Shown one piece after another: positions 46,790 to 56,200 of a DNA stretch of 64,000 bases (its first letter is position 1; every line of letters begins with the position of its first letter). A program made the translations under genes and the position numbers. The DNA is from a virus, in IMG/VR virus record IMGVR_UViG_3300025648_000013; one strand, 5' to 3'. Below the pieces are notes generated by a model, which saw nothing but the letters and a program-made list of their open reading frames with translations, was not told the DNA's origin and did not search any database.

Positions 46790-47046
46790 TGTCATATAAG
46801 ACTGTTGAACTATCGTATGAGCAACTTGATCGGATTGTCTGGAAGACTCTTGAAGAGACCCGAGACAATCTTACTAAAGACCTAGGTGCAAATAACAACG
46901 TGTTTGTCTTTGGTGATCCAGAGGCAGATGATATTGAAATCCAGAAAGCCATTGATGCGTTTGATCTAGTCATTGACTGGTACGTACCACTGGTACAGGA
47001 TTCCAGGAGTCCTGGAATATTCCAGGAGAGTAATCCGATAACTTAA
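46789..47046 (+). CDS. Small hypothetical protein
   Basis: TAATG coupling to the upstream gene. Confidence 0.6.
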   Translation: MSYKTVELSYEQLDRIVWKTLEETRDNLTKDLGANNNVFVFGDPEADDIEIQKAIDAFDLVIDWYVPLVQDSRSPGIFQESNPIT

Positions 47047-47252
47047 AGTATATTGATGGAGAATATGTAATGAAAACGGATGATGGCGGCTTTGGTATTT
47101 GTGTTGTATATCTTTTAATCGGTGTACTAGTAGGATATGCTATCGCATTTGATCGCATTTTGTCTTGTTACTAACACCTGGAAGAATGATGCAATAAAGC
47201 ATCATGATATAAATACCTAGGTATCATTGCCACTTTATAATAGGAGAAAACT

Positions 47253-47468
47253 ATGAGTATTGCATTAGGAATCGCGATTGCTATTATCGCATTTGTCGCT
47301 GGTCTTTTTCTAAGCCCAAAGGCTACCGCTGAAGTTGAACAGTTGAAGGCTGATCTTGCCACTGCTGAAGCAGACATCAAGGATCTGGAAGACCGTATCA
47401 AGGAACTTCTTACTCCAGCACCACCTCCAGCGCCTGCTACGAAGGTATCAAAGCGCAAGGTAAACTAA
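47253..47468 (+). CDS. Small late membrane protein with coiled coil
   Basis: Late promoter at 47208, AGGAG RBS, N-terminal TM. Confidence 0.65.
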   Translation: MSIALGIAIAIIAFVAGLFLSPKATAEVEQLKADLATAEADIKDLEDRIKELLTPAPPPAPATKVSKRKVN

Positions 47469-47509
47469 TCTCTTGACATTTTATCATTGAAGTTTTGGAG
47501 TTTTGAGTC

Positions 47510-47824
47510 ATGTCTTTGATTGCTTTTCTTGAAGATGATGATCCTATGGTCAATGAGATTCAGACATTATCAGAAAAAATTCGCCAAAGACGAATACAGA
47601 TGCTAGTTCATTCATACCTCTATTATGAGATGGATAATAGTATCATTGATGACCACAAATGGCAACAATGGGCAGATGAACTAGTAGAACTACAAAGAAA
47701 GAAGCTTCTGATTGGCTTCTATGATGAAATGTTTAAAGATTGGACGGGCGATTCTGGTGCTTTTCTAAAGTTTGATCCTTGGGTCAAGAAGCGCGCGTTG
47801 CAACTTTTGAAATATAAAAGATAG
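47510..47824 (+). CDS. Stand-alone protein resembling NAD-dependent DNA ligase domain Ia
   Basis: HSYLYYEMDNSIIDD.KW resembles LigA H-x-Y-x-YY-x-x-D-x-P-x-I-x-D. Confidence 0.55.
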   Translation: MSLIAFLEDDDPMVNEIQTLSEKIRQRRIQMLVHSYLYYEMDNSIIDDHKWQQWADELVELQRKKLLIGFYDEMFKDWTGDSGAFLKFDPWVKKRALQLLKYKR

Positions 47825-47843
47825 ATATTGATTGAGTTTGCTC

Positions 47844-47874
47844 TTGACATTTTATCACGAATCGTATATAAATA
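47844..47874 (+). promoter_or_regulatory. Dual early/late promoter of tmRNA with spacer GANTC
   Basis: TTGACA-17-TATAAA, where the -10 is also TATAAATA; GAATC 47859-47863. Confidence 0.75.
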
Positions 47875-47877
47875 AGT

Positions 47878-48212
47878 TATCAGTTGTTTGAACGCGGACT
47901 GAAAGATGTAAAGACGGGAGTTCGATTCTCCCCATCTCCACCATCTACAATGCTAGTGGAATATGACTGTGATCTGCCATTGAAAGAGATGGCCAAACAG
48001 ATACAGATTAGTATTGTAGTTGATGGGGATGACCTGGGATCGATTTGCATTGGATAGGAAAGTCTAGACTGATTCGCTGGCCGAGTGGCTAAAACTGTAA
48101 ATGTCAACCTAGTTGCACATAATGATAATGATTTTGCCGCGATGAAAATCGCCGCCTGATCTAAACATCATTCGGAGTTTTGGTGCTGTACTCTGTCAAA
48201 TAAACAGCACCA
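47878..48212 (+). ncRNA. ssrA: Circularly permuted (two-piece) tmRNA
   Basis: Acceptor piece with T arm and CATCTCC-A-CCA (ends 47943); hairpin spacer; coding piece from GGGGATG (48025, G3.U70 pair); tag frame ...AHNDNDFAAMKIAA* (stop 48157-48159). Confidence 0.9.
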
Positions 48213-48923
48213 CCGTATCTTGCTTTATATCTGCAAGCATTACCGCACAACTTTTTGTTTGGATTTCTTGTCTCAATCCGAGTTTTACATACAGGACAAT
48301 CAAATATCCTATAAGGTCTAACATTCGGATTATTTTTCCAGTATTCCTTTTTCAGGTCTGACATTAACTTCTTTGTTTGCTCTGTATGTGGTTTTACGCC
48401 TTTTTGTCCCCTGTTCCAAGCTGGATGAGACTTGCCTTTATTAGAACTACCATTACCTCCAGAAGAATGTTTCTTCTGATTGTAATATCTAACAGTTTTG
48501 TTGTAAATATTGGGTGTCCAATAAAGTTGTTCGTCTTTGATCATGTTTAGCCAACGCTGTTCTGCTTCACGCAAATCTTTGTTGTCTCCTTTTAAAGATT
48601 CTGCGTGTTCTTTTCTAATATAATCATACATTGAAGAATTGAAATATCTAGTTCCATGTTTTTTGGTATGCATTCTAAATGAGTTATATGCAAACAACAT
48701 TTTCTGTCTGTGTATACTTCCTCGTTCACACATTCTAATCAGAAGTAAATGACATATATAATGTTCTTTTGGTGTCAACAAACCCAAATTAGCATTAGAG
48801 TTGCTTCCATTGAATGGACTACACTTTGGAATTATGTGGTGCTTCTCAAAATATCCTTGACTTTTGTTTAGCATTGTTTATAATAGAAAAGTAACATTTT
48901 GAGTATTTGTTGGTTAAAAACAT
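48161..48923 (-). pseudogene. HNH homing endonuclease split by a frameshift near 48860
   Basis: AAGGAG RBS plus MFLTNKYSKCYFSIINNAK in one frame; GYFEKHHIIPK...N...LTPKEHYICHLLL in the next frame. Confidence 0.75.
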
Positions 48924-49056
48924 TATGGACTCCTTTATTATATTGTATATATTTATGAAATTTGTAATGGTGGTAGAGATTATACCAAAACAAACTGTTG
49001 CAAAACTGTTGAGATTGTGGTAAAAGGAGATAAGTTCATTATTAAGGAGAACGTGA

Positions 49057-49290
49057 ATGGATGAGTTGAAGATCAAAACACCAGCAGAGTTTGCTGAAGA
49101 GATTGAAGAGTTAATATGGCAGTATGATATTGATTATATTGATGCTGTTATGCTATACTGTGAACGAAACAATCTAGAAGTTGAGACAGTGGCGTCTCTA
49201 GTAAAGGGCAATGCCAATCTGAAGTCGCGAATGCAGAGTGATGCCGAGAACTTAAACTTTCTGCCAAAAGTCGCCAGATTGCCTGTATAA
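49057..49290 (+). CDS. 33: Late transcription coactivator (T4 gp33)
   Basis: F..EIE...YIDA...YCE.N.LE.E...LK.....AE.LNFL. Confidence 0.85.
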   Translation: MDELKIKTPAEFAEEIEELIWQYDIDYIDAVMLYCERNNLEVETVASLVKGNANLKSRMQSDAENLNFLPKVARLPV

Positions 49291-49391
49291 ATACATTGAC
49301 ACCAGAAGATATATGGTGTACAACAAGATATACATTATGAATACTGTGGATAATAAACATACAACAACTATACAAACATAAGGAAATATAT

Positions 49392-50315
49392 ATGGACTTT
49401 AGCAACCTCAAGCGTAATAGCGGTTCAAGCATCAACAAGCTTAACGACCAGCTGAAGAAACTCAACACAAATGAAAACCAGTCAAGCAAAGACGACCGCT
49501 TCTGGTATCCTGCAACAGATAAGACTGGTAATGGCTATGCTGTTATCCGCTTCCTTCCTGCTCCAGGCGAAGAAGATGTGCCATTCGTTCGTGTGTTTGA
49601 ACATGGCTTCAAGGGCCCAAGCGGCACTTGGTATATCGAAAAGTCTCTGACCACACTCGGTCAGAACGATCCAGTTTCTGAGTATAACACTCAACTCTGG
49701 AACTCAACTACCGATGAGCAGTCACCAGCCCGTAAGCAGGCTCGTGAACAGAAGCGTAAGCTAAACTACGTTTCGAACATCTATGTTATCAAGGATCCTG
49801 CGAACCCAGAGAATGAAGGCCAGGTTAAGCTTTTCAAGTATGGTAAGAAGATTTTTGATAAGATCAACGAATCAATGAATCCTGCTTTTGCGGATGAAGA
49901 AGCAATCAATCCATTTGATCTTTGGACTGGTGCTAACTTCAAGATCAAGATTCGTCAAGTTGCTGGTTATCGCAACTACGACTCTTCAGAGTTTGAAGCT
50001 GCTGGTCCTCTGTCAAAGGATGACAATAAGCTTGAACAGATTTGGAAGTCAGAGCATTCTCTACAAGAGTTTGTTGATCCAAAGAACTTCAAGGACTATG
50101 ATACATTGAAGCGTAAGTTGCACGCGGTTCTTGGCTTGAATGAAGCGGCTGCGGCTCGTCGTGAAGTCTTCGAAGATCCTATCGCTCGTGCTGAAGCACC
50201 GGTGCAGAGTCAAGCTGCTGCACCAAAGATTGCAGCCGCACAAGATGATGTGCCATGGGCAACAGATGATGAAGACGATGATCTAGCTTATTTCAAGAAG
50301 CTGATATCAGACTAA
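49392..50315 (+). CDS. 32: Single-stranded DNA-binding protein (T4 gp32)
   Basis: DDRFW...DKTGNGYAVIRFLPAP, HGF.GP.G.WYIE, KYGKKIFDKI, NYDSSEF, acidic tail; A-rich unstructured leader. Confidence 0.95.
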   Translation: MDFSNLKRNSGSSINKLNDQLKKLNTNENQSSKDDRFWYPATDKTGNGYAVIRFLPAPGEEDVPFVRVFEHGFKGPSGTWYIEKSLTTLGQNDPVSEYNTQLWNSTTDEQSPARKQAREQKRKLNYVSNIYVIKDPANPENEGQVKLFKYGKKIFDKINESMNPAFADEEAINPFDLWTGANFKIKIRQVAGYRNYDSSEFEAAGPLSKDDNKLEQIWKSEHSLQEFVDPKNFKDYDTLKRKLHAVLGLNEAAAARREVFEDPIARAEAPVQSQAAAPKIAAAQDDVPWATDDEDDDLAYFKKLISD

Positions 50316-50325
50316 ATAGAATACT

Positions 50326-50417
50326 GGAGCAATGGCAGAGTCTGGCTTATTGCACTCGCCTTGAAAGCGAGAGAACCCGAAAGTCTACCGTGGGTTCGAA
50401 TCCCACTTCTTCCTCCA
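50326..50417 (+). tRNA. tRNA-Ser(TGA) with an imperfect acceptor stem
   Basis: Anticodon arm CTCGC-CTTGAAA-GCGAG, long variable arm, GTGGG-TTCGAAT-CCCAC, encoded CCA. Confidence 0.8.
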
Positions 50418-50426
50418 GAGTAACTT

Positions 50427-50453
50427 AGGGGTAGCTTCGGCTACCCCTTTTTT
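50427..50453 (+). terminator. Intrinsic terminator between convergent units
   Basis: AGGGGTAGC-TTCG-GCTACCCCT-TTTTT. Confidence 0.85.
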
Positions 50454-50733
50454 ATTGTGATGATGAATCGTCTGGTGTTGGATCGTTTGGTCTACTAGTG
50501 AACTTCTCAGCGCCAGCAAAACCAATACCAGCAATCGCGATGTCACGAAACGACTCAAAGATAAACTGTTCAACATGAAGATTGAAGAACGTATTGGAAA
50601 TACCTAAACCCATCATAAAGAATGTTGATATGAATGCCAAAACACGCTTTGATGATGGATAACCATCGATGTCTTTAAGTAGTTCTGCTATCCATGGAAA
50701 AAACTGTGATAGCCATGCGAATAGTTTTATCAT
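50452..50733 (-). CDS. Small two-TM membrane protein (holin-like)
   Basis: SSKR followed by two hydrophobic helices, ending G...EKF. Confidence 0.55.
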   Translation of the reverse strand: MIKLFAWLSQFFPWIAELLKDIDGYPSSKRVLAFISTFFMMGLGISNTFFNLHVEQFIFESFRDIAIAGIGFAGAEKFTSRPNDPTPDDSSSQ

Positions 50734-50742
50734 AATGATTCC

Positions 50743-52173
50743 TTATGTTCCTGCGTGATGTTTATTGCCCTGTGCTGGTTCTTCTGCACCAAAATAAGAT
50801 TCTACTGATTGCCACCAACTACTTGAAGACGAACTTTTGTTGCCCTTAGAACCACCTGGTGGTGTTGGTGAAATAGGCGAAATATCTGGCATCTTACCTG
50901 CATAAGAGTCTGATAAGATTTTCTGCTGCTCTTGGTCGAACGTTCCCCAATGGTTCCTAAGTTTAGGTTGTTTCAACTTGATCGCTGCTATATCTATATG
51001 CATGTGATCGCGTTCAAATCCTATACCAGTGATACCTTCTTTTAGTGCTGCTTTGAGAACTAGCGTTCTACCCGCATTTGATTGTAGAATAGGATTTCTA
51101 GAGTAACCTATGTCTAATGCTGTACCAGAATCGTGTCTTGTGTCAGGTCCTACAGCGCGACGGTGATCGTCTCTCGCGCCTGTAATGATGAACTTGGTGC
51201 CGACATCTTTTTCTATTCTTTTGAATGCACCAATGATATCTGGATCAATGCCGTGAAGTGTGACGGGATTAGAAGGATCGGTTTTGAGATTAACTCCCTC
51301 AACTTCTTGTGCAGTTAATGGCCTTACTTTTGGTAAAGGCATATTAGGCAAATCAGAACGACTGTTAGGATTTCTTCTTGGACCAGATGCTGGCTTACCT
51401 GAAAGACTTATTTTTGTCGTTTCTTCATTTTTAGACACAGACACAGTAGAACCATATTCATCTCCTTCAGTATAGTCTATCTGTTCACCTGCTCCCATAG
51501 GAACTGATGTAACGTCTAGTCTTTTAATGTCAGATTCTTTTTGTTGTGAAACTAATGTGGGAGCAGATTTCTTTTGATTCGTTTGCCCAGCGGTGCCTGA
51601 TATATTCGAAGCAGCTTCTTTTACCTTGCGTTCGTCATCTTTTCTTTCATCTTCAACTGTATAAGGCTTACTCTTATCGCCTTGATCTACATTTGATGTC
51701 TGTTCATATTGTGACACATTCGCAGCTTTTGTTTGTCCTCTATCACTCACTCCGATATTAACAATAGACATCAAAATGTCATATACATTGTCCATAACTG
51801 TTGATAGTGTAGTCTCTACCGTAACGAACATCTTCTTTAACATTTTGAAAATGTTTTCGCCGAATCCTGCAATCAATACAGATGCAGCAACAACAATGCC
51901 AGCAATCATGCCTCCCATGTCACCATCATCATTCTGTTCTTTGGTTACAGCAAGTTCTTCTGGGTTTGTTTCCATTTTTGGCTGCAACTTAACAGCATCT
52001 ATTTTCTTTGTTATAGAAAATATTCCAACGGCAGACAGAATAGCAACACCCAAATCATGCGTAAGCGCACTAATGCGGTTCTCTTCAGTGAGAACTTTAG
52101 TTACGACCTCTACTTCTTCTTTAGGCTTTTTGGATTTAGACCAAAAAGAGTTGATGGTTACATTCGGTATCAT
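50743..52173 (-). CDS. Tail/baseplate-hub protein with a peptidase M15-like domain
   Basis: ITGAR...RHDSGTALDI...GITGIG....HMHID zinc motif. Confidence 0.7.
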   Translation of the reverse strand: MIPNVTINSFWSKSKKPKEEVEVVTKVLTEENRISALTHDLGVAILSAVGIFSITKKIDAVKLQPKMETNPEELAVTKEQNDDGDMGGMIAGIVVAASVLIAGFGENIFKMLKKMFVTVETTLSTVMDNVYDILMSIVNIGVSDRGQTKAANVSQYEQTSNVDQGDKSKPYTVEDERKDDERKVKEAASNISGTAGQTNQKKSAPTLVSQQKESDIKRLDVTSVPMGAGEQIDYTEGDEYGSTVSVSKNEETTKISLSGKPASGPRRNPNSRSDLPNMPLPKVRPLTAQEVEGVNLKTDPSNPVTLHGIDPDIIGAFKRIEKDVGTKFIITGARDDHRRAVGPDTRHDSGTALDIGYSRNPILQSNAGRTLVLKAALKEGITGIGFERDHMHIDIAAIKLKQPKLRNHWGTFDQEQQKILSDSYAGKMPDISPISPTPPGGSKGNKSSSSSSWWQSVESYFGAEEPAQGNKHHAGT

Positions 52174-54596
52174 TAGCCCATACCGACGCCCATAGCAGGC
52201 TCATTTGCATTGAAGAATACTGAGACACGATCTTCATACGATGTTGAAGCAAATGGAGAAGGAATACCGTATTGCTGTGATTGGTTCAACTTAACACCTC
52301 TCATAGGCATTGTACTTCTCATTGATCCTGAACTGGATTCCATAGTTTTAGAAGAATAAGGTGGTGAAGATCCCTTTTCAGATTTATCTGGTCGAACATT
52401 TCTATCTGTTCCTTCAGCATGTACGATAGAAGATTTCGCTTGTTCGAATGACATACCAGAAGCATCTGGATGCTTTCTAAAGAAGTTCCAGGTGTTCTGT
52501 AGTTTGTGATTCTTCTGATTGTGTTCGTATAACCATTTAGCTGCTTTGTCTTGTGTAGTCTTATCAAAAGTATCATTAGGAGAAATGATACCATTGTCCA
52601 TAATAGTTTGTAGTGTAACACTGTTTATAGAATATGCACCTAATCCACTATCAGCACCATGTGGCAACTTACCTCTAGAGTTAGGTATCAAAACGTTTTT
52701 TTGGAAATCGAATACTTCTGATACTTTTAGTTGAGTTAACTTCTTACCTGGGAACTTATCTTGGATTTTACCAAACTTTCCATATCCCAATACAATATCA
52801 TATGAAGAATCGGCGATTTCTGTCTGTCCACCGCCGCCACCGACTGTATTTTTTTTGTCTCCAGCAGTTGCAGGATTGAATCCTCCAGCAGTTGCAATGT
52901 TGCCAGCAGTTACTGGTGTTGTACCTGTGATTAGACCAGCAGCTATTTTTGCTTGGTTCAATGCATCAGAAGCCATATCAGATGCTACATCAACTACTGT
53001 CTTTTCGCCAGTGATGATCTGCCAAATCTTTGTTGCAAGATACTCACCTACACTAGCACCGCCAAAGCCTCCGATAAGTCCACCCACCACGCTGCCTACT
53101 GCGGCACCAACTAGATTGCCCACACCTGGTATGACAGTACCCAAAGCACCAAAGAGCGCACCACCTGCCGCAGCACCACCAATGGCACCTAACTCTGCTC
53201 CAATGAATGCACCTAATGCTCTCACGAAAGCCTTTTCGACTTCATTCCATGATCCTGTACCAATACCAACTTTTAACAAAGCAATCAATGGATCTAAGAA
53301 CATCAGAAACTTAGCATACTTTGCTATTCCCTGAAGTATTCCTCTAATAGGGACAAGATAGCTGAGTGCCTTTGCCGCTTTACTTGACATTTTCATTGCG
53401 CCACGACCGGCACCTTTTGCAAGCATTTTGCCTAATGAGTCCGCTTCTCTGGTAACAACTTCATCTTGTGCCATCGCGATTGGTTTGCCAGACTCATAAG
53501 CTTGTTTATCTGAAAACATATTCTTGAAAGATTCGTTGAACTTTTTAGGATCTTTCAATACTACGTTTCTTAGCAATGCTCTTTGTGCAGACTTCAATGA
53601 TTGTTTTGTGCCTTGCCCAAACTCACCGCGACTTTGCTTATAATATGTGTCAAACATGCTGCGAAGATACTTCTCTTCTGCACCAACTTGTGATATCTTA
53701 GTTACACTGCCTTCAAATGGCTGCAACTTTGCTAACAGTGTACTTCCTGTTCTGGAAGCCCATTGAGACAAACCCTCTAAAGATCGTGTCAGAGTTTTAG
53801 ATGCAACTAGTAATCCAGCAGCTAATCTTTGTGTACCATCCCATGTCCATTTTGCGAACTTGTTATACCAATCAAGTATCGTCGGCATCAAAGCAACGGT
53901 TAGAAATGGAAGAATAGAACCGCCAGACTTATCGTTTAGTCCTTTGGCTTTGGCTAGCCATGGATAAGAATCTTTAGTAGAATATTTTAGAGTTTCTTCC
54001 TGGCTCGATATCTCTTGCTCTGCTATGCGATCACGTTCTAGTGTGAGGTGATCGCTCAAAACTTTCTTGATGCCGAGCATATGGTTGTCTAGTCGTGACA
54101 ACTTGTTATCAATAAGCGTAAGTCTAGAAACGATCAACGCCATAGTGTTGCGTTGCATCGCTTGTTCAACATCACGAGGATCTGGCTTTTGATTTCTGCC
54201 GAACCAGAATCCTTTTGTCAAAAGAGATTCTTGTTTTGAGATGTTTCGATTTACATCATCAAAGTTTTCTGAAGCAGAGGTGCTAGTTGAGCCAGCATAT
54301 GTGCCCGATGATGTTTCTTTTTCTACCGATTCTGTGCTATCTGCTTTATCGTCTTTGTTTTTACCAAAGATCGACCTAACTGTCTTCCCAATCTCACCTA
54401 TCTCTTCAGCACCAATCAACTTGTTAATGATGCCACCGCCTCTTTTAGCAGCGACACCAGCTTCTGCTGCTTCACCTGCAATAGCGCCACCTTCAGCGGC
54501 CATGGCGCCACCTTCTGCTGCAATCCCACCAACTTCAGCGGCACCAGCAATCATCTCGCCAGCTTCGATAGCACCTATGATTAGAGGAAGAACCAT
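52173..54596 (-). CDS. Tape-measure / hub-like protein with glycine zippers and a lysozyme-like domain
   Basis: G/A zipper repeats; SYD.V.G...LTQLKVSEV...GAY.I...TL...FD..TQDK.A. Confidence 0.65.
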   Translation of the reverse strand: MVLPLIIGAIEAGEMIAGAAEVGGIAAEGGAMAAEGGAIAGEAAEAGVAAKRGGGIINKLIGAEEIGEIGKTVRSIFGKNKDDKADSTESVEKETSSGTYAGSTSTSASENFDDVNRNISKQESLLTKGFWFGRNQKPDPRDVEQAMQRNTMALIVSRLTLIDNKLSRLDNHMLGIKKVLSDHLTLERDRIAEQEISSQEETLKYSTKDSYPWLAKAKGLNDKSGGSILPFLTVALMPTILDWYNKFAKWTWDGTQRLAAGLLVASKTLTRSLEGLSQWASRTGSTLLAKLQPFEGSVTKISQVGAEEKYLRSMFDTYYKQSRGEFGQGTKQSLKSAQRALLRNVVLKDPKKFNESFKNMFSDKQAYESGKPIAMAQDEVVTREADSLGKMLAKGAGRGAMKMSSKAAKALSYLVPIRGILQGIAKYAKFLMFLDPLIALLKVGIGTGSWNEVEKAFVRALGAFIGAELGAIGGAAAGGALFGALGTVIPGVGNLVGAAVGSVVGGLIGGFGGASVGEYLATKIWQIITGEKTVVDVASDMASDALNQAKIAAGLITGTTPVTAGNIATAGGFNPATAGDKKNTVGGGGGQTEIADSSYDIVLGYGKFGKIQDKFPGKKLTQLKVSEVFDFQKNVLIPNSRGKLPHGADSGLGAYSINSVTLQTIMDNGIISPNDTFDKTTQDKAAKWLYEHNQKNHKLQNTWNFFRKHPDASGMSFEQAKSSIVHAEGTDRNVRPDKSEKGSSPPYSSKTMESSSGSMRSTMPMRGVKLNQSQQYGIPSPFASTSYEDRVSVFFNANEPAMGVGMG

Positions 54597-54611
54597 TCTT
54601 ACTTGCTTTCT

Positions 54612-54770
54612 TTACTGACTGTTCTTTTCGGCTTCTATTTCCTCTTTGATCATATTAACGTAGATATCACGCTCAAAGGGTATTAGACTTTCTATTTCAT
54701 CAATAGTGTAATTATGATATTTTTTCATAGAAAATATCAAAGAATAGTAACCACCCAGATCATTGTGCAT
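54612..54770 (-). CDS. Baseplate hub assembly protein (gp51-like, 52 aa)
   Basis: MHNDLGGYYSLIFSMKKYHNYTIDEIESLIPFERDIYVNMI; follows gp26. Confidence 0.8.
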   Translation of the reverse strand: MHNDLGGYYSLIFSMKKYHNYTIDEIESLIPFERDIYVNMIKEEIEAEKNSQ

Positions 54771-55492
54771 CAAACCAAGGTAAAAAAATCATCTAGCGAA
54801 GACAGTTCGATTTCTCGTTCTGTTCCCATGCTGTTTGTATATTCGATCTTGTAATATAACTTAGGCATAGTATCAAAGAACTTCTGAATATCGGTAAAGG
54901 CAGACACACTTAAAGATTCCACAAATGTCTGTAGTTCTTCTGGCGTTTCATCTTTCGCTGGATAAACGTTCTCGGCATCATAGACGTAATCAATACATGA
55001 AGATATCATGAACAATGCAGCATCTTCTTCCGCGATGTCCAGTTCTTCCATTTTGAGAATCATAGTTGCAGTTGGATACTTTAGAACAACGCCGACTTCT
55101 TTGTCTACTTTGATCTTGTTCTTGTGTTCTGGTGTATGAACGATTTCGATTTGATCTAGAGGAACTTCGAAGTCATAATGCTTTTGGTCTTCATGATCCA
55201 TATATCTCAGCTTCACCATGTTGTCCACAGATTTGGCTCTGATTTTGATGAAAAGGTATTCTAGATCAAATGTGGTGAGGTTATCCACATCGACAGATGA
55301 ACCGTCAGATAACACCACACAGTTGTTGATGATCTGCTTAAGCGCGTTGACGATTTCTTTCTTTGTTCCGCCTGCTTGTGCCATGAGAAGAATCTTCTCT
55401 TCTTTGACAAGAAACGGGCGAAACTTGGCATTCTTGTTTGTTGAAGGAATAGTCACATCAAACAAAGGCACTTTGAGTTTTGGTAAAGCCAT
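54770..55492 (-). CDS. 26: Baseplate hub subunit (T4 gp26)
   Basis: MALPK...FRPFLVKEEKILL...FDLEYLF.KIRAKSV...FF.TMPKL...DFF. Confidence 0.9.
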   Translation of the reverse strand: MALPKLKVPLFDVTIPSTNKNAKFRPFLVKEEKILLMAQAGGTKKEIVNALKQIINNCVVLSDGSSVDVDNLTTFDLEYLFIKIRAKSVDNMVKLRYMDHEDQKHYDFEVPLDQIEIVHTPEHKNKIKVDKEVGVVLKYPTATMILKMEELDIAEEDAALFMISSCIDYVYDAENVYPAKDETPEELQTFVESLSVSAFTDIQKFFDTMPKLYYKIEYTNSMGTEREIELSSLDDFFTLV

Positions 55493-55507
55493 AATAATCT
55501 CCTTGTA

Positions 55508-56200
55508 TTATGATAGATAAAAGTCAGTGTAACTTATAGTCATGTCTACTTTGACGTATTGATCTGTTGCACTCCACGATAAATCGATAGGTGACATTGA
55601 TCTAAGAAAACATTTATTGAAGTTGTATGTAATCAACTCCTTGGCACCAGCAGTATAAACAATAACTTTTGTTGTAAAAACAATATCATCTTTATACGCA
55701 ACTTCATAAGGAGATGCTGTATTTGAGAATAATCCGCTGCCACGACTTACATTCAGATCGGTGTTGGCCATAGAATATGATTTATTAAATGCTGCTGTCC
55801 CTGAAAGTGTGTTAACAAGATCAACGATACCTATTGGCCGACTTTCTGGAGCAATGATAGTCACACGTAATGGCTGAAATACTGGTCGATAAGGAACATC
55901 TTCTAATGGACCATATCCATAACGTCTGATCTTTTCGGTGTCTAGAGAAACATCTGGAAGTTCAACTCTTTCTGCCAAGAACTTATACACCTCATTGTCT
56001 AATTTAGAACCAGTAAAAACGACTCTATATAAAGTCGATCTTAAAGTTCCTCCTGCGCCAGATAGCTCTGTTTTGAACCTTTCGATAGAAAACTCTTGAG
56101 GATCTACAGGCGGTGGCGCGCGGCGGGCAGTTACCACAATATCCGGATCTACGGGCGAGTCTGGACCTGTTGGTGTATTAGTAGGTGGATTAGATGCCAT
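55508..56200 (-). CDS. Tail tube-like / gp54-like baseplate-tube protein
   Basis: ELP...YG....PY...F; I.LSW...V..SY; position between gp2 and gp26. Confidence 0.6.
   Translation of the reverse strand: MASNPPTNTPTGPDSPVDPDIVVTARRAPPPVDPQEFSIERFKTELSGAGGTLRSTLYRVVFTGSKLDNEVYKFLAERVELPDVSLDTEKIRRYGYGPLEDVPYRPVFQPLRVTIIAPESRPIGIVDLVNTLSGTAAFNKSYSMANTDLNVSRGSGLFSNTASPYEVAYKDDIVFTTKVIVYTAGAKELITYNFNKCFLRSMSPIDLSWSATDQYVKVDMTISYTDFYLS

Noticed and set aside
50326-50417. Suppressor tRNA or stop-codon reassignment
   Set aside because: Anticodon TGA reads UCA (Ser); core genes are intact in the standard code and end in TAA, TGA and TAG.
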